From Eledone cirrhosa (lineage: Eukaryota), in NCBI GenBank assembly GCA_964016885.1, contig OZ024741.1:82522001-82586000 (forward strand): 64,000 nt of DNA, read 5' to 3'. The notes under the pieces were generated by a model. That model searched no databases. It was not told the origin of the DNA and saw only the letters and a list, made by a program, of their open reading frames with translations. The number at the start of each line of letters is the position of its first letter. Positions within the stretch are counted from its first letter, which is position 1. Position numbers and translations under genes: made by a program. Positions 1 to 14,075 of this stretch are shown here, piece after piece.

Positions 1-1230
1 CCTCAACGTCTCCAAGTTTTGTAGTAGTGGATCGAGAGTGAATACATACAATAGTGCGTTAGGTGCTCTACTAATCATGTCACTCTGAACGGCAGGTTGA
101 GTGGTATACATTTGTATACAACTCGATCTCTTTTCGTCTCGATCTATTTCGACTAGTTGATTGGACGACGATGACATTGCCGGCACCGTCCAAGAATAGC
201 AATTCTGCTGGCATTGGCGCCGCTGACGACATACACCCCGAAAGGAGTTTCTTTATTTCGACAGCTTTGCTATAACTTATCGATTCGATTATAATCACCC
301 TTTTAATGGCGTACCACCAATTGTTGTTGAATATTGCTCCAGTCAATGCCCGCTTAACTAATTCGCTAATCCGATCTGCGTAGTCTTTGCGCGTCTCCAG
401 CTCGAAGTTTCTCCGTGTTAGACTGCTTAATACGATTTCATCGACGCCCAGATGTTATCCGGGAAGCTCGATGCACTTGCCCACAACTTGTCCTCTATAG
501 AACTCTAGAATAGAATTTAAAATGACTGCATTGCCCGACTATTAGAAAGCATTGATCATCAGGCAACATTCCAAATGCTAGGCACCCCGTTTCAATCTTC
601 GCTTTATACCCACGACTTCCGCACAGTAAAAAAAGATGACTTGCCGAAAGATTGTCTCACAAACAGCTACAGAACTTTTATCCGATTAGGAATATCTGGA
701 TAATTCCATAGCCTTAGTGCATGTTTGCACATCATCAACCACGGTTTGCCCAACCATCCGGGTGGAGGTTGTTCACAGCAGATCTTCCGTCTCACCAATA
801 GAAACGGTGTGTGATGTCAAATGTTATTGTCCTATGTTTTCATTTTTGTTTTTATATTGTCTGCAGAAACGATTTTATGCGAGGCAAATATGTCTGTAGA
901 AAGATATGTCGCTAGCTGGGAATCGGCGTAGCTTAGTAGGGGAACACCTAATCTTGCTATACTAAGTATTTGTGATGGCCGCGTTCTTGATTTTGTCACG
1001 TTGCCCCAGATAACTTACTTTGCTACGTTGCGTCGTTGCTTCAAAATACCAACCTTGAGACATGGTGGATTTCACTGGAGATTACCTAAAAGGTACACAT
1101 ATCATTGAAATACTTAGACACTTGCACTTTAACTTAATGAGTAGGAGGTTCTGTTAACTGGAATATACCTCGTCGTAATTGACGGAAATCCAGCAGGAGG
1201 CATTCAGATAAGTCCCCATTATGGATAAGT
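1..1230 (-). pseudogene. Highly degenerate LINE ORF2 remnant (APE end and linker; CR1/L2-like, tentative)
   Basis: Stop-riddled minus-strand translation gives GDL..LLDF..GIFQLTEPPTH (like APE GD.N..Q..PTH), RKDYADRISELV..WWYAIKR (like the EN-RT linker) and LLYVFTLDPLLQNLE. Motif resemblance only. Confidence 0.35.
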
Positions 1231-1848
1231 ATGTGTCACTAATTATATGTTTGAATGTGTATGTGCGCTAATATTTAAGTCTTCGTTAGTGTCTTCATGT
1301 CATGGGTTTACATGTGTCTATGCGTGTGTCTGCGCTTTTGTGTGCGTCTTAAGATTTTGTCAGTATGTTCATTTGTATGTGTTTCATGGTATATGTTTCT
1401 GTATATTCTTGTCCTATAGGCGTATGTGTGTATGTGTGTCTTCGAGATATACCCATGTGTGTAAACATATCTCGGTGTCACCATATGTTTGTGACTATTC
1501 CTGTCATGCTTCTCTGTGTGTGTGAGTATGTGCGTGTACTTCAATTCTCATATAAGAGATAACAGCATATAAAGGAAACTACATTAAAATTACAACCAAT
1601 GTATCACACATTTCCCATCTTACACCATCAATCCGACAGTATAATGCATTATATACAATATAATGCGCACAAGTTTTCAAAATGTTTTATCAAAAAACAA
1701 CAAAAAACAATCAGTTGAATACACAATTGTTATGGTGAAACCTTCAATTACGTCCAAGAAGGTATGAGAATCAGTGAAGCCACAATAAGAAATAGTTCTA
1801 TAACACTAACGAGGACAACAATACAAATAACAATAATGATAGCGATGG

Positions 1849-2065
1849 CAAGAAGAAGAAGAAGAAGAAGAAGAAGAAGAAGAAGAAGAAGAAGAAGAAG
1901 AAGAAGAAGAAGAAGAAGAAGAAGAAGAAGAAGAAGAAGAAGAAGAACAACAACAACAACAACAACAACAACAGCAATAACAACAACAACAGCAAACCAT
2001 CAACAGCAAGAACAACAACAACGACGACGACAAAAACAATACCAACAACAACAGAAAGAACAATA
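1849..2065. repeat. (AAG)n followed by degenerate (CAA)n microsatellite
   Basis: Directly visible; explains the poly-R/F/S/T/Q ORFs. Confidence 0.97.
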
Positions 2066-2245
2066 AAAGCAACGATAACATTATAAATATCGTATAATTA
2101 AATCATTCGAATCTAATCCTCTTTTATTATTATTTTTTTCTCCCAAAGATGATTTCAAAGGAGGCGTGGTTACCTTCATTAAATTACGTCTTATATACAA
2201 CATACACACACACACACGCACGCACACACGCACACACACATACGC

Positions 2246-2293
<48 letters not shown>

Positions 2294-4039
2294 ACACACA
2301 CACACACCTATACACACACATATATATGTATATATATATATATATATATATACTACTAAAACTCTGATCTTGCGTTATTGCTTGTCTGTTATGTAATACA
2401 GCCAAAAGGGCGCATGATGGGTCAATACTTTCAAAAGAAGTTGCCTCTGAAATGGGAATACAAATTGAATAAAACAAGTTTCGCGAAAATCTGGTGCCGG
2501 GTTCCCGAGATTCGCGGGTTTTGAGAGTACCTTCGTAAATCGCCACAACAGTGGATACTGGGAAAATACGTCGAAATTAACATAACCCTTCAAAACTTCG
2601 TAAATAGGCAGAACATTGCATAATGAGAAAATACTCTGAATAAAACAAGTTTGGCGTAAATCGGACATGGACAATATTTTCAATTTTCCAAAAATAGCAA
2701 GGAATTCATCTATTTTATAATGGATATCGAAAGAAATAATCCATTTGTTTTGGGGTTGTCCATTCTGTAGGTAAATGAGACAGAGAGGGGGTGAAAGAGA
2801 GAGAAAGAGAGAGAGGAGGTGAGAGAGAGAAAGAGAGAGTGAGGGTGAGAGAGAGAAAGAGAGAGTGAGGGTCAGAGAGAGAAAGATAGAGTGAGGGTGA
2901 GAGAGAGAAAGAGAGAGAGATGGTGAGAGAGAGAAAGAGATGGAGAGTGAGGAGATGAGAGAGAGAATAAAGAGATGAGAGAGAGAGGGGGGATGACAGA
3001 TAGGGAAAGACACAGCGTCCCTAACTTTTATTTATTTTAACTCACCCCCTCTCCATAACGTTATTTCTTACTCTCTCTTTCACAGTTCTACTGCCACCGT
3101 GTGTATCTGTATGTGTATGTGTGCCAGTGCATGTGTTTACATACTTAGAGAAATGTGTGTGTGTGTGTGTATGTGTGTGTAACAGTACTTAAGTTAGCGA
3201 TATATATATATACAGTATATATATTTGTGTGTGTGTGTGTGTGTGTGTGTCGGATACCTTCGTAAATAGCCAAAACGGTGCATAATGGGAAAATAAGTGA
3301 TATAACCCTGAAATGGGGATAAAACAAATTTGACGTTAATCGACATAAACTAATTTCATCATTCGAGAAATATTTTTAATAATTATTAGAAAAAGATTTT
3401 TCAGTGATTTCTCAGTGAATATGATTTCGAAACTACAAGTTGTTTGTACTTCATGTATCTATATTTGAGCTTTCTTTAAACAGGCGATATTTTAATTATC
3501 AGAAAAGCATTAAGCGAATATCACTGAAAAACCAGTTGGTTTTAAAGAGTAGGTGTTTATACTCTTGCTTTTGTTAAAAAGAATATTTCAATTATTTAGA
3601 AATATTTTAAAGTGAATTTGATTTCACAAATAGCTTTATTTACATAGACGATATCTTCATTTATTTTAAATTATTTTCAAGTGAATACGATGGGAAAAAC
3701 ATTTCCTGGCATATTTAAAACATATTCATAAGTGAAAATGAGTTAAAAAATAAAAATTATTTATACACTGAGTATATATATTTCAGCTTTCTTTAAACAG
3801 AATATTTTAATTATTAATAAGTATTTTTTAAGTGAATATGATTTGAACAATACGAGTTGTTTAAACAGACAATATTTTCATTATTTAGAAATATTTCTAA
3901 ATGATGATTTAAAAAAAAATATTTGTTGAGGTAATAAGAATTTTTTCTAAGGTGAATACGATTTTCGATTCTTAAATAATACCTCGACGAGGAAGAAAGA
4001 AAACATCTGGTTGGTCTATCGATAGTGGAAAGAAAGCAT

Positions 4040-5270
4040 GGCTAAGGAGAGCCGAAGAAGGTGAGCAAGATAGTGGTCAACGCCAACAAGATCGGTAAAG
4101 GCATGCGGATAGAAGGATCGATGAGACTGATAAAGCAAGAGCCGCGCGTCTGGCGGAACAGAGGGAAAGAGACAGAAAGAGAGATCATGAATCGAATGGT
4201 CGGAGAGCTGAGGGTCTGGCGGAACAGAGGGAGAGAGACATACGCAGGAGAGATCATGAATCGGATCGTCGGAGAGCTGAGCGTTTGGCAGAACAGAGGG
4301 AGAGAGAGAGAAGCAGGAGAGATCATGAATCGGATGGTCGGAGAACTGTGCGTCTGGCGGAACAGAGGGAAAGAGACAGAAGAAGGAGAGATCATGAATC
4401 GGACGCTCGGAGAACTGAACGTATTTGCCAACAAACCATTAGGGATAGAGCAAGGACAGTTCAACGACGTGATCTCTGTGCTGATGTTGGACAGATGAAT
4501 AAGATCTGTGTTTGCAATGCTTTTTCATAGTGAAATTGCTAACTTTTGCTGTATGAGTGGAAAGGTCAGGTTGAGGAATCTGCAGCCTTTACCCTAAGAA
4601 CTTTACAGCTTATTTAGTACTGATCAACCTAGAGCAAACGAGTTCAGGAAGAACCTCAGACAAAACAACTGCCTGTTCCAAATGACATCTTTTGGAGCTG
4701 AAGAAGTTCGTTCCTCAAGGAGTGGGGGGATCCTTCTATCGTTATTCATGGTCAAATTCACCATTACATCTGTTCCTTAACCCCTAATCCCAACGAACAA
4801 ACCCAATTTCTTCAAATTTACTTCTTGGATCGACAGGATAGTGTTGATTTGATGATCAGGATACTCCATAACGATGGCATTCAGCGCGACATAGTTGAAT
4901 TATTGGAAATAATACTCAGATAATATAACACTTACGTTGCTTCATTTCAAATGGCAAAAGAACAAATTAAAAATATTCCCGAAGCTTCGATTATTATTGA
5001 TCCTGATATGAGACCAGCAATGGAATATGAGAGACGTTTCAATGCACAAACTGCAAACGAAGTTGCCGTTATTATACAAAACAGCACCGAACTTCAAGCA
5101 AAAGCACGGCACATTGTGTTGAAAGAAAAAGGCGGTCAATTGGAAATAATCTCAGAGTCGCATCGGTCCTATGACAGTTTGCAGTATGTTCTATTGTTTT
5201 CCTTTTGGCGATGACTGATGGCATCATGAGCTGTTAATGAGCAACAACAAGAAGTTGACGCCAATGCAGA
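4040..5270 (+). mobile_element. Helitron RepHel N-terminal fragment (frameshifted); element may start near 2352
   Basis: 69-bp repeats (GAGATCATGAATCG at 4181, 4250, 4319, 4388) encode RLAEQRERDR..DHESD. These are followed by KICVCNA..FCCMSGKVRL..FRKNLRQNNCLFQMTSFG..IHGQIHH..FLQIYFLD..ERRFNAQTANEVAVII..SHRSYDSLQYVLLF, typical Helitron Rep-region motifs. Confidence 0.85.
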
Positions 5271-5271
5271 A

Positions 5272-5625
5272 TCATCTGGCAGGAAGGTTTACGGTACTGA
5301 CGATAGCTAATATGCTTGAAACTAGTACATCGTTCCTTTGTCAGTATTGAATAAAAGGGCAACGATGGTTGCTAAACACTGTACGCCTTATTTTCGGGAT
5401 GTATGTTTACAAACAAAACGAGCATTTTAATAAATGTTCGGTAAATCCATACGAACATATATATATATATATATCTGTGCATGTATGTATATATATACAT
5501 ACTACTATACGTCTGTATACATATATGTATGTACGTATACATACTTATATTTAAGTATTTAAGTAACAGCCGTACTAAGAGTGAGAAATGAAATGTCGTT
5601 TCATTTTTTCCATTTATAGATATAT
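5272..5625 (+). mobile_element. Non-coding HHR-bearing repeat family (other copies 9100-9448 and 35492-35720)
   Basis: Three dispersed homologous copies; HHR at 5291-5333 and 9138-9180. Confidence 0.75.
5291..5333 (+). ncRNA. Minimal type-I hammerhead ribozyme motif
   Basis: acggta CTGACGA t agc-taatat-gct t GAAA ctag TA catcgt. The copy at 9138-9180 has a fully paired stem I (acgttg/cagcgt) but G at position 3. Confidence 0.7.
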
Positions 5626-5699
5626 ATTTACCTCGTCTAAACCCATGATAGCGTATATGATAGACGTTAAACGATGATGATGATATATATATATATATG

Positions 5700-6118
5700 T
5701 TATGCAAGGTTTTTGATATGAAATCGTGTGTCGAAACAAATATTGTTCTACTTGGGAAGGGTCATATTGTTGTAATACTATTGCCAGAAACAATAACAGA
5801 ACGCACTCACTGTTTGGTTGGTTTTCACTTCTATATCTTTTATATCTCCACAGTTAATTCACTTCGTCCTCAATGTTTATCATTGACAGACCGACGGTAA
5901 AATATACATATATATTATAGATATAAACACATATATATAATCTAACAAGTTCTTTCGTTGCACATCTGCAACATCATCAGTGGTAATATTTTGTTCCTCC
6001 CGTTGAGGAGATATAAAATATGCAGAAGCGAAAACCAGCCAAACAGAGAGTGTGTTCTGTTATTATTTCTGGGAATATTATTACAACAATATGACCCTCC
6101 TCAAGAATAACAATATAT
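5700..6118 (-). mobile_element. Foldback pLTR-like element homologous to the 3' region (61311-61580) of the 689-aa PLE
   Basis: Shares GGGAAGGGTCATA..ACAGAACGCACTCACTGTTTGGTTGGTTTTC with 61320-61400; inverted arm 6005-6118; degenerate HHR 5943-5985 (CTGATGA t gttgca-gatg-tgcaac GAAA). Confidence 0.75.
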
Positions 6119-6120
6119 AA

Positions 6121-6221
<101 letters not shown>

Positions 6222-6256
6222 CGTGTGTGTGTGTGTATGTGTGTGTCTATATTAGA

Positions 6257-7005
6257 ATTGGTGCTCTGAAATACCGATGTACATATGAATGTATATATAG
6301 TGTATTTGGTAATACACTGTATGCTTAATTAAAAGCATTTTGAAGACATTACGTTATTACTTTAAAGTAGTGACTATGTCACTTCTTTTTTCAACAAACA
6401 AAGGGAGATAAGCTGACAGATCTCTGTTTTATACTGTTGGTATTCCTCAGGGCTTAGCAGTCACTTGTTTGTTGAAAATTATGAATATTGGATTCCTATA
6501 GAATTCCAGTAATAATCAGGAACTGATTATAAAGGAATACCAACAGTATGAAACATAGATCTGTCAGCTTATCTTCCTTTGCTTGTTGAAAAAGGAAGTA
6601 AGTGACATAGTCACGACGTTAAAACAATAGCGTAATGTCTTCAAAATGCTTTCAATTAAGCATACAGTGTATTACTAAATACACTATATATACAATCATA
6701 TATACATCGCTATTTCAGAGCACCAGTTCTAACTTTCAACTGTTGCTGGACCGGCAACCGCTCTGTATAATCAGATTGTTACTGGAATTCTATAAGAATC
6801 CAACATTCATAATTATCAACAAACAAAGGGAGTGCTAAGCTCTGAGGAATACCAACAGTATGAAACAGAGATCTGTCTGCTTATCTCCCTTTGTTTGTTG
6901 AAAAAAGAATTAAGTGACATAGTCATTACTTTAAAACAATAGCGTAAGCTCTTCAAAATGCTTTTACTTAAGCATACAGTATAGTACCAAATACATTATA
7001 TATAC
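6257..7005. mobile_element. Foldback element with about 312-nt tandem unit
   Basis: GAATACCAACAGTATGAAAC at 6535 and 6847; 6257-6530 is the reverse complement of the unit; flanked by (TG)n/(TA)n. Confidence 0.75.
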
Positions 7006-7007
7006 AT

Positions 7008-7035
<28 letters not shown>

Positions 7036-7043
<8 letters not shown>

Positions 7044-8145
7044 TTGTGTGTGTGTAAGTCCAAAGAATCATTAGATAAAATATATACAGTATTTCCTCTC
7101 CCAATCAGTATAAATTAACCAAGCAAAAAATCATTTAAACGAGGCTATAAGATTAAAATGTACTTATGAAGAAATAATGGACAAATGATACAGATTCTTT
7201 TCCGCGATGTACAACCATATGAAATTTACCTAGTATTTCTCCTAGCCTATGAAATTGACTAGACAGATAATTAACACAGGGAATTAGGTACAAAATTGAA
7301 GTTAGAATAACAAGTGCACATAAATATTACCAACATTCTCATCGTCTCTACCAACGGGAGTTTTCGTTCCATTTTTTGGATCTATCCGGTCTTGGATAAA
7401 TTCATGAGGCTCGGAACTCATCAGCAGATACCCCAGACTGGACTAAGATTCTTCTACCATGATTCCCGCCAGAAATAAATTCAAAATGGCTAAGAACTAT
7501 GTGGCCAGTGGCCAGTGGTCAAGGCAGAAAGTTTGTGATTGGTGCCTGTCGGCGAGTAGGCTGGTTGCTAAAATGCGCAGTCTAATACTGCCTAAAGTAT
7601 AACTCAACCTTACGGGAGTATATATTAAATTCGGGGTGTCTCCTTATGAGCTCCGAGCCTCGTGGATTTATCCAAGACCGGATATATCCAAAAAGTGGGA
7701 CAAAACCACCGGTTGGTAGAGATGATGAGAATGTTGGTAATATTTATGTGCATTTTTTCTTCTAACTTCAATTCTGTACCTAATTCCGTGTAGTTAACTA
7801 TCTGTCTAGTCAATTTCTACAGGCTAGGAGAAATACTAGGTAAATGCCATATGGTTGTACATCGCGGAAAATAATCTGTATCATTTGTCTATTGTTTCTT
7901 CATAAGTACATCTTATAGCCTCGTTTAAATGATTTTTTGCTTGGTTAATTTATACTGATTGGGAGAGGAAACACTGTATATCTTTTATCTAATGATTCTT
8001 TGAACTTACATTTTTATAAATAGCTCTGATTAATAATTATTTAATTAATTCTTCATTGAGCCACATCGTGAATGGTTGCCAAATGCATATATGTAGCTGT
8101 GGCTTTGTCTAATTTATATATATATATATACCCTTTAAATTTAAT
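7036..8145. mobile_element. Foldback HHR element, diverged sister of 14318-15875
   Basis: Arms about 7036-7625 (-) and 7626-8145 (+). HHR 7344-7430 (-) has CTGATGA gttcc..ggaac GAAA; the copy at 7637-7724 (+) has a decayed core but intact stems I and III. A further fragment lies at 27765-27860. Confidence 0.8.
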
Positions 8146-8164
8146 ATATATATATATATATGAA

Positions 8165-8600
8165 ATAATAATCGTTTCTTATATAGGCACAAGGCCAGCA
8201 ATTTTATGGGAGGGGAAAGTCGATTAAATCGATCCCAATGCCTGCCTGCCTGGTACTTTATTTTATCGCCCCCTTAAGGATGAGAGGCAAAGTTAACCTC
8301 GGCGGGATTTGAACTTAGCTCATAAAGGGCCGTAACTTTATACTAAAAAGCATGGCGGCCAAACCTCTACCGATATCCCAATCCAATAATTGTTTCTTAT
8401 ATAGTCACAAGCCCAGCCATTATGGGGGAGGGGAAATTCGTTTAAATCAACCCCGGTGTGTGACTGGTAGATTAGTTTATCGACCCCTTAAGGATGAAAG
8501 GCAAAGTTAACCTCGGTGGGATTTGAATCCAGATAATAAGGGGTCGTAACCCTATGCTGCAAAGCATGGCGTCAGACCCTCTACTGATATGCCAATCCAA
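8165..8600 (-). mobile_element. Two tandem tRNA-derived SINEs with Nin/Deu-type core
   Basis: Reverse complement of the SINE at 38430-38620 (TTTTATCGACCCC..AAGGATGAAAGGCAAAGTTAACCTCGG..GATTTGAA), present twice. Confidence 0.85.
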
Positions 8601-8956
8601 TAATAACATTAAGAACAATGCTGATGTTACAAAAATCGTTTATTCATAATAGTTATTTCAACGGCTCTGCGATGCAATCCAAGATTTAATTCATCCACCT
8701 AACCATAACTCTTTGATATGAGTGATAGAACAGATACTCTATACCATTTCCTGTCAGCATAACTAGGCAAGCTATTTAGAACACTGGTTTAACCGCTTTA
8801 CTTCCCTCGGAAGAAGAGATATTATCTCGAAAATTAAGGATATTTAAATAAATCTAAGGTAAAAGACTAATTGTCAACAATATCTTTTGCATTTGCATTC
8901 TTTATTCTATGTCCATACCTGCATTGTTTTGGCTTTATTATACATATACAAACGTT

Positions 8957-8992
<36 letters not shown>

Positions 8993-8998
8993 AATATA

Positions 8999-9074
<76 letters not shown>

Positions 9075-9444
9075 CCGTTAATATGCATAAGGAAATTATT
9101 TATTTTCAGACCGTTCAATCATCTGGCAGGAAGGTATACGTTGGTGACGATAGCTAATAAGCTTGAAACTAGTACAGCGTTCCTTTGTCAGTGTTGAACA
9201 AATGAGCAACGATGGTTGTTAGACACTGTACGGCTTAATTCGGACGTTTGTTTACAAACATACCGAGCATTATAATAAATGTTCGGTGAATCCATACGTA
9301 AATATATATATGTGTGCATGTATGTATATATATATACATACTACTGTACGTATGTATGCATAAATATATATGTACGTTTACATGCTTATATTTAAGTAAC
9401 AGCCGTACTAAGAGTGAGAAATGAAATTTCGTTTCATTTTCTCC

Positions 9445-9518
<74 letters not shown>

Positions 9519-10883
9519 GAACGTGCGCGTGTGTGTGCGTTATTCCCTGTGTCAGTTCTTTGTATGCATGAGAATGAATGTTTTTAAAGGCGATTTCCCC
9601 CCCCCCCCCATGAAAATAATGGGATAGAATAAGAAGCGTAGAAATGCATATATCACATTACATAATATAATCATAGCCACATTGATTCTAAACAAAAAAA
9701 AAACGAATAGACGTGGCTGTAACACCTTTGAGCATAGGTCTATTCGATCAAATTTGACCTAGAGCTAATCAACTAGAAAATAAGAAAATAGGTATTTTAG
9801 ACTTGTATTTTACTTATAAATAAATCATGTAGATTCTGTTAACATACACTTTTTATTGTATTCTTTCACTTGTATACTGTTTCCGTCAGTTAAAAAACAG
9901 CGTATCCGTGTTTGGAATCATCTTCTATATGTAAGAATATAATGCGGGAAAAGCTTCGCATGAGAGCGAGTAACTGAACATAAAGCTGATGGTGTGTCAT
10001 TTGTTATTGTTCTGGAACAGCGAAAGGAATATATAGAATAATAAGAAAGAACACAATATTCATCATATATAAGCTCGTATTGACATTCAAAGCATACTCC
10101 ACTTTTAGATATGATGCAATATTGAATAGGAGAAAAATATATTGAAACTAAAACAGCATTTTCCGGCTATCACTCAAAATATAATATAAATTTAGCTAGC
10201 GTCCCTATGGTTCAGTGTATATTTCTCATCAATCTCATACGTTATGGATTATAGTGGAACATCTTTCCTTTTTTATTGTTCCAAAAATATATGTGATTTA
10301 AAAAAAAATGATATCTATCAGAGAATAAGCAGGAAAGAAAATAGTTATCTCGTTCTAGTCACTAGAATTCATGCAGAGCAGTGCCATTCACTGTTTTAAA
10401 ACTTCATGTTGGTAGAACACTATTTCTAGCTTACTGTGATAAAAACCTTGTTAACATTTAAGAAAATATCCAATAACTGGCAAGGATTGGTTATGAAATA
10501 TTTGATATTCTCCGAAAAGAGATTTATGAATTATTCCGAAACATTGTGAATTTATTCTGGTATTCTTTTATTGATTCCCCTATTAAACTACAGACATGCT
10601 AAGGACCCACCTGTAATACAATTCAATCCATCACCTCGACCCCAGTACGTATATCTTTCAAGCCTGATACTTATTTACGTGTAGGGTTTGTCGAGTAGTT
10701 AAGTTACTCAACATAAACACAACTCTTGCCGCTTCGACAAGTTCCAGACTGGTACTAGCTGTCGAAACGGTAAGATCACAACCACCGCACACCGACACTT
10801 TCTAATACAGACTCACTCTACTATCCCAAGTATGCAGTACTCTATTTAATAATGGTGTAACTAGTTTAATACTGATTTTATTT

Positions 10884-10918
<35 letters not shown>

Positions 10919-10954
10919 TATATGCTTTCATTTTATTAATGCTAAATTACGTAT

Positions 10955-11002
10955 CGTGTTACTCTGGAGTTTCTCCGGTTATCACAGGGTCATCAGACAG
11001 CG
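10955..11002 (-). ncRNA. Type-I hammerhead motif
   Basis: cgctgt CTGATGA ccctgtgataaccgga GAAA ctc-ca-gag TA acacg. A related decayed copy is at 23350-23391 (+; core CTAATGA, same GAAACTCCAGAGTAACA). Confidence 0.65.
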
Positions 11003-11339
11003 AATTGTATATATATATAGTAATAATAATACATTTGAAGGGTTAAAGCAGTGATTCCTTGCTTAAACTTTAATCTGTTATTTTAATATATATATATATA
11101 TATATAGACAGACAGTTCAAGAGTAAACCAATCTTAAATAGAGAGATCGTGGTAGGATAGGACAGGCGGATGAAGGTATTAGAAGCCAAAGCTTAGAACC
11201 GGGTGCTCGATGTGCAGTATGCAGTGGAAAGCAGTTGGGAAACTGGGTGTACCTCGGACAAGAAGACAAGAAGACCTAATACGGAGTATCAATTCATTTA
11301 TCCGGAGGGTATGACAGAGTAACGTAATCTGAAACCGGA

Positions 11340-14075
11340 AGTACTGTCGATAGATATGGATTTACCACATGCAAGAACCCACCACATAACATCCTGCTGG
11401 ACCCATTCGAGAAGCACCTCTTTAATCTCACCAGGAGCATTAAATTCAACAAGCAGAATCGGCATAATAATAACTCCCTCGCAAAATTAGCAACAGCCAT
11501 CAAAATCTTTACAAATAGCCACCTCATAATATGTTATGTCCGATAAAACTAAAATTCTATGTAACATGCCTCCTGAAACTTACAACTCTTTCCTCCTTAA
11601 GGAGCTCAATAAGAATTATAAAACAACTAAACCCTCCAGTGTGGTCTAACAGTGTGGTCTAACACCGGTCAGGTCATAAAATGGTTCTCAGATCTTGGGT
11701 CCATTGACTCGATGAGGTTTCTCCATTTCGACATTGACAGTTACTACGCTTCCATATCCCTGGCACTGCTTAATAAGGCATTAACCTTAGCTCGCACTAA
11801 GTCAGGCATAACTTATAAAGAGATTGACATCATTATTATCGCTAGGCAGACTATTATTGAGTTCAATGGCTCGTTCTGTACAAGAAAAGACAGAACCGAT
11901 AATTTTGACATCACGATGGGCTCTAGCGATTCTGCGCAAGTCACGGACATAGTTGGAATCTACCTCTTACATAACATTAGTGCTGAGCTCCCAATTTTGC
12001 AATGTGGATTATATAGGGACGACGCCCTATTTGTTGTCCACAACTGCACGAATCGCGGCATTGACTTGCTCAAAAAACAACTACTTAGATTCTTTAAAAA
12101 TAACGGTCTATCTATTACCATCGAACCTAACCATAAGGTAGTGAATTTCCTAGATGTCACCCTTGATCTTACTAACAGTCATAATAAACCAGGTGAGATA
12201 CTTACTTATATTAGCCCGCACTCTAACCACCCACCGGCAGTCATCAGAGCTGTCATTAATTCTATCTCATATAGTATTTCAATGATATTCGCCAACGAGG
12301 AGATATTTAATGTCCATGCAGCATATTATAATAAGGCCCTGTCTGAGTCTGGTTATGCACAATCTATCTACTACATACCCAAAGGCCATAAAATAGAACT
12401 TTAACACAACTCCAATTACTTTAACAATAGAACTAGAAGCGCATTAGCATTTAGCCAGATTTGCCGGAAATTTAGGCCTACAAATGCCTATACAAGTAAT
12501 CGTAATAGTGGCAGAGGCCTACTCCCTACTCCTAGTCGCAGACTCAGAATCAACCCTAGAATAGGAAAGAATAATAGGCTGAGCATTAGCAAGCACATTG
12601 GCAATAATAGCCCTACTAATGCCTCTGCTGATTCTGTTAAACCCCACAGAAGTAACAGGCCTAGAAAAATCACCTGGCTTAACCCCCCGTTTTCATCTAA
12701 TTTAGCTAATAACATCCCTCAACGCTTCTTCTCCATCTTATCTAACCCCCCCCCCCCCCCCACCCACCCACACACACACATAGATATTACAAATTCTTTA
12801 ATAAAAACAATATTAAAATCTCCTTCTCCACCACACCGAACTTAGCTAGCCACATCGCATTTAGCAACCATCATAAAGTAAAAAAATATATAACCCCCCC
12901 CTCTGCGACACCACCACCCCCATAAGTACACCATGCAACCACACCAATACTCATCCTAGTAGCAGAATCCCCCTCCAATCCCATTAGTACACACCAGCAG
13001 CACAGCTTAAACAACCCTTCTCCCACTAATCGCAATCCTAATTTCAACTGCCGTAACCCCAATGCATGCCCGCTCAACGGGCAGTGCCTTACAACCAATA
13101 TCGTATATAGGTGCACCGTTAGAACGGCCTTATCTACTAGCTCATATATTGGCTCTACATCTAACCCATTTAAGGTTCGATATAACGCGCACTCATTTTC
13201 CTTCCGCGACCCTGGCCATAGATCCTTTACTTCTCTAGTAGGCTCGTTAAAAACCTTAAACTGGCCAATATTGAACACTCACTAATTTGTCTATCTTGGC
13301 TAGATCTCCAGCGTTTAACGGGAGAAGAAATTGTTGTGATCTCTGTCTTACCGATACCTATTACATAACTCTGTCAAGGCCACCCCCCATAAATGACAGG
13401 AATGAGATGGTCATAAACTGCCACCAGCGCAGAACGAGCTCCTTCGCTAACAGAATATTTGACCCACTTTAGCCTATCATTTAATGACGCTCCTCCCTAT
13501 AACTAACAAACTGAAACATATTTAGTCCACCACGAAAACACCTATAAGTTAATTCCCTTGCATTATCTTAATTACATATCTCATTATAACTTTACCTATA
13601 AGCTACCTCTTTGACATTATCTTAGTTACAACTCTCATTGTCGCATTTGGATCTTCAAGGAGTTGACTTCCCGAAACCCATCTCTGTACAAAAAGGTAAT
13701 TTCCCTACAAGAAGCCATCTTGTCGTGCGTGTGGCGGCATTGTTTACTTTCAGCCTCGATAGATATGTAGCGGTTCTTTATAACTTACACTTGAATTTTC
13801 CAGTGCCAAGGGACCCCATCTGGGAACCTGCTAATCCGACGATTATTTAAGGACACATAACCCTCTTATTTATTTAATTTTATTTCTACTTTATACATAT
13901 TAATATTTTCATTATCTAACTTCAAGTTCTGAGAAGCTACTCCATAATACTATTCTATGTTAATTATCTTTCTCTGCACCAAATCAATAACGATATTACT
14001 ATCGATTGATCCAGAAACATTCTATGGAGTAAAGAAACAATTGTAAACTGATATTATTACCCCCTCTTTTATATT
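11340..14075 (+). mobile_element. Penelope-like element, Naiad-like, degraded (RT + GIY-YIG + 3' pLTR)
   Basis: YGFTTCKNPP..FEK; ORF 11652-12404 has FDIDSYYASI, FDITMGSSD, GLYRDDAL, VNFLDVTLDL, SNHPP; then ITWLNPPFSS, CRNPNACPLNGQC, NIVY..SYIGST..FKVRYNAH, CDLC. Contains deletions and frameshifts. Confidence 0.9.
13925..14049 (+). ncRNA. Hammerhead-like motif in PLE pLTR, CUGAGAA core, about 100-nt stem II
   Basis: agtt CTGAGAA gc tactccata..tatggagta aa GAAA caattg TA aact. Confidence 0.6.

Noticed and set aside
4061-4498. Novel 23-aa repeat protein (GEIMNRMVGELRVWRNRG)
   Set aside because: Wrong frame; the AEQRERDR frame joins Helitron Rep motifs.
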